Source: Lingula anatina
Lineage: Eukaryota > Animalia > Brachiopoda
Direction of reading: 5' to 3'
DNA length: 64,000 nucleotides
Assembly: GCA_051362555.1 (NCBI GenBank)
Contig: CM120641.1
Span: 25,674,401 to 25,738,400 of the forward strand
Shown: positions 14,501-25,700 of the stretch, one piece after another
Position numbering within the stretch: the first letter of the stretch is position 1
Layout of the letters: each line of letters begins with the position of its first letter
Translations under genes and position numbers: made by a program
Notes under the pieces: generated by a model
The model's database searches: none
Seen by the model: the letters and a program-made list of their open reading frames with translations, nothing else
Told to the model about the DNA's origin: nothing

Positions 14501-14587
14501 GTACATATCACAAATCTAGTGCAAGGAGTTACACATGAAAAATGGGACACTCCGCCTGCCAGTCCACAGACTTCTCCCAATAAGTGA
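8534..14587 (+). CDS. CARHSP1: Calcium-regulated heat-stable protein 1 / cold shock domain-containing C2-like protein (147 aa, 3 coding exons)
   Basis: Exons 8534-8673, 13334-13456, 14407-14587, all GT-AG and phase-consistent (444 nt). Translation: MQSPKDIP...[95 protein letters not shown]...HEKWD. It contains the CSD RNP1 (KGHGFI) and RNP2 (LFVHISDIE) motifs and the RxRxxS phosphosite. There is an in-frame TAG upstream of the ATG, and a 3' splice site at 8462 implies an upstream non-coding exon that I did not locate. Probably co-orthologous to vertebrate CARHSP1 and CSDC2. Confidence 0.95.
12341..12725 (-). mobile_element. Candidate solo LTR or DIRS-like repeat fragment
   Basis: CpG-richer ~390-bp island bracketed by the direct repeat ACAGTGT (12334-12340, 12726-12732). 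Read on the minus strand: a CCAAT box (~12616), TATAAAA (~12554-12560), then AATAAA (~12514-12519), which is the U3-R order. Alternative TGT..ACA ends at 12338/12728. Confidence 0.4.
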
Positions 14588-17500
14588 CCACAGCTCTCCA
14601 CGGACAGTGCAGCAAAACCATGCCCATAGGTGTGAATGGGGGTTGACATGCTTTATGTTTTCAAAGAAATATATATTAAGGACCATTTTTTGATATCGAT
14701 CTTGATTTTTGTTAAATGAAAATCTCCACGTTTTCTATGATAAATGTAGATGACTGAAAGGTACTAGTAGTATTTCAGTGCAGATTTGTACTGTGGATGA
14801 ACTGATTATCTGTGGATTCTGGCCCCAATATCTTTTTTGTGTCAGGCGTATTGGTCGCCAGTGATTTTTTAGGTAGGATATTTCAAATAAGGTTTTTGTC
14901 ATAAATGATAAAATATGTGGTGATGGGGCTTATTATTTTATAGAAATAAAATTGTAGTTTATTTCATCTGTAGTCCTGTGAAACTTTCACTTATTTGGTG
15001 ACTTTTTAGGATAAAGTGTTGAAACCATCATGAAGACTTGTTTTTAGACACTTGAATCAACACCCATTTTCCTTGGAAAAAAGCCTGAAAAAGTCATCCC
15101 ATTCACATTTGATGCACATGTTATGTGACAATCTGCACTGAAAATATATCGGTGTAATTCCATAGCCTGACCATCTTAGTTTGTAGATTAGGATTTCCTG
15201 TAAAACTTTATGGAAAGGAAACCCTGTCTGCTCATGCATCTCTTGTCCCTCACTCCCCTTTCAACACGCACACACACTGTGGCTTGTTGTCTTCGTCTTT
15301 CCTTTGAATTTGTCTTTCTTCAAAAAGGTCCACTGGTGACATGGAATGCAGAAAAGGGATAATTACATAATTCCAAGTTTACATTTGAATAAAGACAAAT
15401 TATATTTGTTTAATTTTTTTTTTTTTTGGCTTTGTAGTGCAATTGTGTTTGAAAGAAAACCTTTGAATCAAACTTAAAAGTGGAGTTACAGACTGAAGGG
15501 TGAATTTATGCACTTTATTAAGAAAGCAAATCACCTGTTTAGATGAAAAATAAGATGTGTGAAATGGAATATTTGGAATAAAGATTGCTTGATGGCAGTA
15601 ATGTATTAGTTTGGCTTTTAGGACCTGAAGAGTCTTCAAACTCTTTGAATATGTTATTTGAAAATAACTATTCTTTCATGTTTGCTAGACTGTATTGATA
15701 AAACAAAGTTATTTTTGACTTACTGACTAGATAACAAGTGTCATTCACTGTTTCAATCACAAAGCTATGAACATCTGCAGTAAGTGACCAAGAATAACTT
15801 TCTTTTATCTTATCTAGAGACCATAAAAGACATTTTTCATTCTTTTGATATTCAATGTCATTTTATAACAAGTTAGACAGAAGTAACAATTGTAGGAGGT
15901 GTGGTACAAAGATCTCATGATTATGTAGAATAACAGCCTATAGGTTGGAACTAAGACCCAATTAAGTAGCGAGTCCTTGTTTGGAAGCAAAAGGCTATAC
16001 GGTAATTACTCACAAAAGCCATGGCATGTATTAATTTTATTCTCCAAAAATTTACTTTGTCAGGTAATACTTACAATGTTGATTCAGAAATCAGAAGTTT
16101 TAAACAGTGTGTTGGTTTTGTGTCAGAAAGTGCCTATTTCTAAATCAGAAGTAAAATGATAGATTTTGACAAAGTAAATTATTGGAAAGAGTGAGATCTT
16201 TGGAAATTTCAAGTAAAAGCCATCCATTAGAGGGTATTATAGGTATCTTTTTGCTCTCAAGCTCTTGGTGAACCTCAACAAGATAATTGTTTATTAAAAC
16301 TAATTAAATCAGAGATTTGACTCTAGTGCAGAGACAGGATTTTTCATTCAGAATATGTGTAACAGGGGGACATTGTGCCATATTTACAAATTTCAATGTG
16401 AGAAAACACTGTAAGGGGTCTCCAACACAGATTATATAGCAACATGATGGGCAGTGTTGCCATTTCTGTTAAGTAAAGACTTTGAATTCCCCATCTTTAT
16501 CTGTAATTAGCCAGTAATCATCCAAACTGACAGCTATTAATAATGAACTGTAGTAAATGATGCTGGATATTTTGGTTTACCAGTACTGTAATGTGTAAAA
16601 GTGTAAAAATATTCTTAAAGAGTGCTCTAAACTTTTTTCTTGAATTAAAGCTGAAGATATGCCATATATTCAAAAGTAATTGGTCTCCATCACTGAGCAT
16701 GTAGAAGTACATTATTTTAGAATTTAAGCTTAAGATATGCCATATTTCTAAAATGAAATGTTGACAACCTGAATTTACACTAAACTGCTTTGTTTTGAGA
16801 AAGTGTTATTTATTCAAAACAAAGGAAGAATCACTGTCACATATGATTTGTTGGCCAGAACTTATAGTTTGGCACCAAGACCCCCCCCCCCCCCCCCCCC
16901 CCCTTACCCGACAGGTGTGCTATACCACAAGTACAAGACCCATTTCTTTACTTGAAACTTTATCTTTATCTGATTAATCTATAAGTAAAGACATTTTATT
17001 TGTAAAAGGCCTTGGTGAAACAGGATATCGCAATAATTCTTCTTGTCAGTGCTGATATTTTGTAGTAGAGATACTATAAGATACTCTCTCCATTACATCA
17101 ACCTTTCAGTAAATATGTTTATATTTATTATAGTAGAATGAATAGTCTATAATGTGTGGTATATAAGTAAGTTATCCATGTAACATGATGTCAATATTCA
17201 AATATGGGATCAGACCTCTGTCGTTTGTATTGATACAAAGATGATTCGAATGACTTAAAGTCAATTTAGGTAATAATCTTGGCTTCTGTCCACTTTGTAT
17301 TGTACCAAACCTGTACATGTTGGAATCGTTAAAAAATCTGTAATTCTGTATATGCGTAGACTGTTATATAAATCAAAAAATTGATTTGGCTCATATGATT
17401 TTGTATTTGACAGTTTCCACTTGAATTACTGCAGTAGCTTTACTGCATATTTTTATAGAGATAACTTGTTAAGGAATGTATTAAACGGACAAGTTTAAGC

Positions 17501-18927
17501 CAATTAAGTTGTTACGTTTCTCTCTCAAGAAAAGTATAAACCTGCATCAAAGCATTTAGTGCTTTGCAACAAAACAGGAAAACATAAACATAATGCCCTA
17601 AAACCTGCTTATTAACTTATGAACGTATGAACTAAGTTATCACTTGCAAATGGAGATAGGAGAAAAAAGGAAATTATGTTTGACAAATTTTATTATTATA
17701 GACATCCAGCTCAGGAGTTGGTAAGGTATGATTGCAAGCAAAAAGGTTTTAAGACACCTAACACATTGGGGTGGGTATGCATGATGCAGTGTGATTCCGT
17801 TAGTTGTGATAAGTAATGTTCATCTCTCCTAACACAATGAGGTTAGTTAACATGGGAGTAGCATGCAGTGTTATTCTGTTAGTTGTGCTCAGTAATAGTT
17901 ATCATTCCTTTAGCTACTTACGTACTTGATCCTATGCTGAAATATTCTACAAATACAGATCTGTTTAAAAGGCACTTTTCTATGCAGTCCTTATCAACAA
18001 ATCATTGTTGATGTCCTAATTCTAGTAAAAAGTCTGGTGACGTGTACTTGCTCTTGTGATTGATTTCTTTGGATTTTTATAGCAAAGGGAATTTGTTTTG
18101 CATAACTGGACATCCCTTGGTGATTACATTCAGTATTGTAGTGCAATTTTACAGTGATTAATCTCATCTTGAAAGATATTTGAACATTAATGAGAATTTG
18201 TTGATTAATCATTTCTGTGGTCTGGCAGTTGCAGATGCAAATTTTCAGCTACAGGTAAATAGCTATTTACTGCTAAACTACAAACAAAACAAAACAAAAA
18301 AGTAAAATACAGGTAAATGTTCTTTAAAACATAAAATGCCTTTCTTTTAAAAATAAGTTTATTATAAACCAAAGACCTCTCACATAGTTTGCTACACTTA
18401 GTCAAATGAGACAAAAACATACCACACTATACAAAATATTATAATATTTCTCTTAGCATTCCTTCAAAGACACAAAAACTTATCCCTCGTTTACACCAAT
18501 GCTTTCTGACTACAAAAATCCCCCAAAAGTCACTTTTGAATGTTAATTTGAATATCAGAGATGTAAGACAAATTCTACCAAAACCATTTATCCACATGTG
18601 CTGCATACATTTTGGTTGGTTAAGAAAATGAAGTATAATTCACAATTTTTCATGGAAAAACACTATGCACAAAACCTGAAATGTACCAGTTTGAGCATAA
18701 ATTACCCCCAACAAATACCTACAGCTTATTGCACAGAGAGAAAAAAGTTCAGTAAAAATATGAGAAAGTCAAAAATACCAATATCTAATTTCATCTTTTG
18801 GATCATAGCAGGAATAAAGCTTTGTTTAAAGCAGCGAAAATAAGAGTTTTCCTTAATTTGCCCACAATATATTGTTCTGCAAGATGTAAATGGAGTTTAC
18901 AATTCCCTTTGAATATCACACCAATGT

Positions 18928-21588
18928 CTAGCCCTTAAAGAAAAGTTCCATCAGCTGTTGTCTTGTATCCTCTGGACTTTTGACTGAATGTCCAACAGTG
19001 CGAGGATCCATGAAAATCTCATAGTCATTTTCACCCTTGAAAATAATAATAATAAACATCAAAAGAGTGTATAAATACTGACTCCTTGGATTTATTCTTT
19101 ACAATAGAAGTAAAAACCACTCTCATAAAAAAAGTAAAAGATGGACCTCATGTGCCTCTTAATTTTTGGGACAGAAACATAATTATTTAAAAGCCATATC
19201 AAAAGAATCTTCCTTTCTTCCAGTGGCACCAGAAGAACATCAAGTCCTTACTTACTGGGTTAGTCTTGTCTCCAAAGAAGTGGATTACTTTAAAGTTATC
19301 CCCGGCAATATGGTTGAGGCAGTATCTCTTATCCCACCCTTCCGGGAAGACATCAAAGCTGATTTGACCACCTAAAAATATTTATGTTTATAATATAAAA
19401 AAATGCTAAAAATGTAAAAAATAAATATAGATAAATACATATACACAAAATGAACATTATGGAATTTAATAATTGGCCATATATAAACAATTGTTTAATT
19501 TCAAAATATAATTATGAAGCACAGGCACATATGCTTTCAAAATATTTTTTGTGACATGAAATACAAAATACTGCTCTGTCTCCTTACCTATAGAATAAAC
19601 TAATCCATTATCTGGAAACTGTTTTCGAAGATCTTCAACAAATTGTTTTCGTATATTGTGTACCTAAAATGGATAGAAGTCTGATATATGGAGAAGATTG
19701 TGAAAGTCAAAAACTGGCTAGAAAGAAAGAAAGAAAGGGTAAGGCAGTATCAGCACAAACTTTATTGGAAAGCTATGCATGTCATACTTGGCATTGATCT
19801 CTAATAAAATCAAAATTAAGTTTGGAGGAGAACTTTTTCAGTTGTGTTATGCATCAAGAGTAAAGCTGAAGTAATTTGTCCTCAAATTTTAATGAACAAC
19901 CATTCACCTAGACAGCCTCAATATCTGAGGAAGATCCTCTAGAGAGAATCATAAAAATACTGTGGGTGCACAACATAAAATTACTGCCTTGTTCTTAAAA
20001 GGAGGGTTACCTTATCATATTCCCCAAACTGGTCCCTCTCAGCCTGAGAGCAGCTTCTTCCCACTGGACATACATTGATAAGACCACTGCGGAACTCAAT
20101 AAATGTGCCCCTTCAAATATTAATGATTTCATTCAATTTTCAGTAGCTGTGCATTTTCTTTCTCTCAATAGCTTCAAATGACTTTTTTGAAGTATTTGAA
20201 AATTAAACACAACTGCAGTAATTCAGACTAATAAAACCACTTAAACAGAATTATTAAATATATCATACAGACTCTAGTAACTAAAAACCAAAATATTCCA
20301 TATTACCTTTTAGCTGGAAGTTCAATTTTAGACATGTATCCTAGTGCATAGTTGATGAATTTCTGTAATTTTTCCTCTCCCATGTAATTCTGTATACTCT
20401 ATAAAATACAAAAGAAAAAAGGACTTCAAACCTAGAGTTTTTTTCACAGTATTTTCATAAACATGTACTCCATCCTATACCAACCTGTTTCATTCTAATA
20501 CAAATTTCAAATTAAAACACAACATCCACTCTGAGGTAATTAAACAAGCAAATTCAGCAAATATTTCCAATTGGAAACTCTCTGAGCTAATCACATGTGC
20601 ATACAGTTGCTTGGCTTTGGTAACTTAAGGTCAAATGTTTGTCAGAATATTTTCAATAACTCAAAAAATATCAAAATATTCTGATACTTGCCTCTTTTGC
20701 AATAAGCTGCCCATTCTTATGAGCCACAAGTCCATTTTCAGAGAAAACATATTCAAACTTCTTGATTACTACAAAAGAAATAAACATTCGCTAATCAGTT
20801 ATAATTAAAGCTTTTTTATTGTACTGCTTAAAAGTAGTATAATATTTTTAAAACTTAACCCTTTTCCCCAGATGCATATTCCTACACATTTTATATTAAA
20901 GGTGGGCAGGCATTAAGTCAGCTGAACAATCAGTTGTACAGGTGGTACAAACAGGTGGCAGTGAGCAAGTTGATGTCTATATAAATAATTGATATATAAT
21001 GCATATACCTTGAAATACCCATATATAATTCACATCGTACTACTGTCAACATTCTTTAGAAATTGAGAAATGAGAAATAAATGTATTTGATTAAGCTTAA
21101 TTCCTATACTCCAAAATGTTATTCATTTGACCAATCCATTTACTATGACTTTAATGGAACTGAAGGTATAGAGCTATTTGGATTTACCAATATTACATAT
21201 TCAAGATGACAAAAATGTGGGCTATCAAAAATTAGAATTGTTAGGTATTATGAAAAAGAAACAGGAAAAAAAGAATATAATTTTGAAATCATAATGTTCA
21301 TGAAGTAAAAACTGACAACATTTTCAACCCTTTGTATCCCAAAAAACTTAATTAATTAACTGTATATTAACCTGACTCCCTTACTTCACAATCAAAATGA
21401 ACAAATAAGCCTTTTACTGTTCATCAAGATTAATTTTTTAAAAAGTTAATGTATTTACCATCTTCCTCTGATTTCCCCAGTTGTTCTGATATTTTACTAA
21501 GGTCTGATCCACCAACTAATCCAACAACCACCTTCTTATCCAGCTGTTCCATGAAAGTTTCCATCTCAGGGGTAATTTTCTGAAAGGA

Positions 21589-21646
<58 letters not shown>

Positions 21647-22437
21647 TGCTGAGGCCTGAGGGGCTAAAACTAAGAAATTACCAAGCATGTGATAGGAATT
21701 ATGCTGATGCCATAATGTGTAACATACTGTTTACGTGCCATTAATATCAATTTTTCCTTTTAAATAAGAATTTTGGACATTAAACAGTTGAAAGGTAGCT
21801 AGGGGGCTAAAACATGCAGTGGGCGTGGCAAGGCAGTGTAATTAACGTTACTCAATACTAGTATCTATATTCCGGTGCGAGAGGAATGATAGTCCGGGAA
21901 TGGAAGTCCGGGGACCCATATGATTAGTACAGGGTAGGGTTAGTCGTAGTATAAGGGTTAGTATATGGGACAAATGCCACGCACCTGTATAAAGAAATGG
22001 GCTACAGTACATGTACTGTTTCTGGTGGACTACCATTCCTGTCAAACTGACCATTAAAAAATAGCATTGCTTAATTTTAACAAGATTGCGTAGCATGGTT
22101 TAATTGTAACTTTTGCATCTGTACAAATTTTATATCATTTCCTTAAGAGGTCACTGCTTTTTTTACAGTTAGTCTTTATAAATGTTACGTAATTTTCTTC
22201 ACAGGTCTTTCTGATGAAACCTTTAGGCCTTGTTACATTTGTACCTACTGACTCAGCATGTCAACCATGTTTTAACTTGCAAATCTAAATGAAAACAAAA
22301 ATGAAAATGTGCACTAATTTACATGTTGATTAACATGAACATAAAGTTATTATACACCTTAATTTTACCTTTCTGGGAGCTGTAAGTGTCCCATCTACAT
22401 CGAATAAACAAAGCGTGGACGTGTCACGGGCCGCCAT
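18928..22437 (-). CDS. PMM2: Phosphomannomutase (HAD-IIB, PMM1/PMM2 family), 252 aa, 8 exons
   Basis: Minus-strand exons 22369-22437, 21459-21579, 20692-20768, 20307-20398, 20011-20110, 19588-19663, 19256-19371, 18928-19035 (759 nt). Motifs: [11 protein letters not shown] (catalytic DxDxT), [54 protein letters not shown]. Internal exon sizes 77/92/100/76/116 nt match the human PMM2 layout as I recall it. Intron 3 has a GC donor. Confidence 0.97.
21590..21645. repeat. (AAT)n microsatellite adjoining the PMM exon 2 acceptor
   Basis: About 18 perfect AAT units, read directly. Confidence 0.95.
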
Positions 22438-22704
22438 CCTGTTGAATGTAAACAATCCGTCAGATGTCTCTAGTATCGAGGAGTTAGCATTCTGTACTCC
22501 TTGTAGTGAAGAGTTTTGTTCAGCTCGGTGCCAGCTTTCGCAGTTACACGGTTTTCACATTTCAGCACATAGTTTGATTAACTATTCAAGCACATTAGAT
22601 TGCGGAAATACAATCCACATATGAAGAAGATGTCTGAAAAAGAAAGGGACACTGTGAGAGATTTGAAACATTAGCGAAAGGGGGATCCCTAGGACTATGT
22701 CAAA
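22438..22704. promoter_or_regulatory. Probable bidirectional promoter / 5' leaders shared by PMM and SNX14
   Basis: Divergent start codons are 267 bp apart (PMM ATG 22437 on -, SNX14 ATG 22705 on +). The region is locally CpG-richer than background. A YY1-like AGGATGGCGGC overlaps the PMM start and an ETS-like GCGGAAAT lies near 22601. No TSS can be seen from sequence alone. Confidence 0.7.
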
Positions 22705-25700
22705 ATGAAGGGGGAGGTGGTCGCTCTTGCCAGGCGACATGTCAGGTTTACTACGACAGCTGGTCTGTTGCTGGTCGCCTCTGTCTGCCTGTACAGGTAA
22801 GTTGTACTGATCACTAAGAAGTGACTATTTTAAAATACTAGTCAAGTAGGAGGCAGATATTTAGGCTGGTTTGGGTGAGAAATAGTCCTGGTGTTTGCAC
22901 TCGGCCTCAACAAAAGAGTCAATTTCCTGAACGTTATGATACCGTTATATAATTAATATTGATTAATTTTAAGTAAGTTCAAATGTTATTGGTAAATGTG
23001 CGTTTTCAGTAGCTACTCTATTCTCTTTTCTTAATCATTTCAGTTCTGTAAAAAGAAAGATACTGTTTTATCTTTTAGGTTGATTTTTATAGCCTGGAGT
23101 TCTATAATCCCCTAAAATATAATATAATTATTATACATGTATTAACTCCAGTATTCAATTTAACAAAATAAACTGACATGAATTAGTATTGAAGTCTAAA
23201 GACAATATCATTTCAGAATAAGATGAAGACTTAAATTATAATTTAAGCTACAGGTTGCATGTACTGTTGAAATTAAATTACCAATGTATCTGATATTTCT
23301 TACCCATAATGACCTATGTGTAAATTCCTTAACCCATAATTGCTGAGTATTAAATCTTTTGTAATAAGACTATGTAAAAGTAATTATAGGGTTGAATAGA
23401 AAATGAGTATGATTTTCATCTCTTTGGTGTGCTCTGTGTAGTTTTCAAAGATCCACTGTGTATTATGGAACATAAAGAACATTAAGGTATGTCACTATAA
23501 AAAGAGTCAAACATTGGGAGCTTATATCCCAGATCTAGTGGAATAAAACTCTTTGTGAAAACTGTAAAAATACAAAGATGTTAAGAGACACTAGCCATCT
23601 TCAGCAGAAGCTAATATATGTATATATATGTATGTGAAATAAAATCTGCGACTGAATTAAAGTGTGTAGATAATGGTTATAAGTAGTATATATATGTGTT
23701 GATATGCTTATAAAAATGTGCCTGATTACTGTCACTGTGACAGTGGTGTATTTGTTTGCAGTTAAGTGTCTTGTATCATGTTTTAGGTATATACACTGGA
23801 TGATCATCCCCTGGTGCTTTATAGCAGGAATTATACCAATGTATTTTATACTGAGGTGAGTACCTGACTCTGTGGTAAGGATTGTCAAGTACGTATTACA
23901 AAGAAGAGACATGCTTCAAACAAAATAAATTATCATAGGCTCATTGGTTTTGTATCAGAATTCACACTGTCCATTCCAGTGTCAGGTTTTTATGTTTCTC
24001 TCTGAGCTCACTTTCGCTTGGTCGATTTTAGCCAAGTATAATTATATATTCTCATTTGGCAAGCAAAATGAAAGAATATTTAAGTTTTTTAAAAACTAAA
24101 TAATCAGTGATGTACTGGCACTTGATATTTTGCATTTGGCTAAGATTAAGCAGCTCTTCGTTTTAAGGAATTATTAAATATATAGATATATACAGATAGA
24201 TACAGTCATAAGTAACCCCCCCCCCCCTCAACCCTCTGCCCTCTGTATGACACAATCATCTTGGTGCCATGCACATGTTACATAGATCATCCTGCCAGAC
24301 ATCTGGCCAATGTATCTCAAAGGTATTTTTCTTAGAATTATAAGAAATATTGCACTAAAACATTTTGTAACTAAATAACAATTGGTCCTTACATGTTCTG
24401 CTGTGTTGTACAGCACTCAATCAAATATGAGTCATTTACAAAGTAAACTATAATACTGTGTAATGGAGGTGTTCTTTGTGCAGATTTAACATGTTTTGAA
24501 CCATTTTTTCTTCTGTAATCTCACATGACTTGAGTATTAACATCATTTCCTAGGATTAACTCTATCTACAGCCACTTCAAACAATTACATGGAAAACATT
24601 ACCTCTGGCATTTCTCAGTTTTTTGCATAGATTTGAATTTAGTTGGTTTTTGATATCTTCTGTTTGATATATTTTGTCTCATTACTTTAGTATTTATAAG
24701 TAGAACTCTGAATATATTATTAGCAAAATTATTTCCGTAGTAACTTCAATAAAATTGCTTCATATTTAAATGACCATGGTGAAATCTTCGTTTTAAGTCA
24801 AAATTACAATTCTGCAAGCTTACATTTAGTTCCTATGATGAAGACACATATTGGATGGGTGAATGAGATGAACATGTCTACAAAAACTGAGAGCCTTTGA
24901 ATGATCACCCAGCCCATGATACTAGAGTGTAGCACTCCCCACGGCAAGTAGTCACATGCAGTGTGTTTCATTTTTTTTTAAATTTAAAATGCCCTTGGAC
25001 ATTATGTATGCCCCTTTTAACAGCACTAGCTGTGCTCCTAAATCACCACATAAGAAATGGATGACTTAACTACTCAATCTCTCTGTCACCACAAATTAAG
25101 AATAATAGGGCAATGTTTTTGAGTTAATTGACCCATTCAGGCTAGGATTTTTTACACAGGATGGCATACTATACAGTCTGGTAGTGCCTTTTGGCTACAG
25201 ATTTAATTCTTGGTTTTAAATGTAGTTTATGCAGCAATAATTTGATATAAATTGCTTTTGTACAAAAATTGAAATCAAAATGTGAATAAATTCCCTGCTT
25301 TATTGAAAGTACTTCAAGATTGCCTGTAGGGTGGCCTGCATTCTCACAGTTGATATTAAAATATTGATCAAGGTTCAAAGGCACCTGAGTGTGCAGTTGG
25401 TCAAAAGCTTGTGTTCAGACTGGTTTCCTACTTCAGTCTTGTTTCAGGATATTAAAGTTCTAGGGTATTTTAACCCGCAAGTGTTATTAGTGCATTTGTA
25501 GAAACTGTATAATGATGAACAAAATAAAAAGATAGCTGGTACAATCAAGTTGTGACATTTTCAAAGCAAGAGGTTAAATGTTAACTGTTACCACACAATC
25601 ACACATGCAGCAGACTTTAAATAAAAAACTGTTTCCTTAGCCCCCCCTCCCCCTTAGAAAACAAAAAAGTATTTGTTATGGAAAAATGGAGAAGTTAGCC

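Noticed and set aside
21794-21990. GC-richer segment with AGGGTTAG motifs in PMM intron 1 (telomeric or Helitron-like)
   Set aside because: Only two degenerate motifs and no definable ends. It may be an old repeat remnant but cannot be supported.
22621-22704. N-terminal extension of SNX14 from the in-frame ATG at 22621
   Set aside because: Two in-frame TAG codons intervene, and the 22705 start already yields the expected N-terminal transmembrane region.
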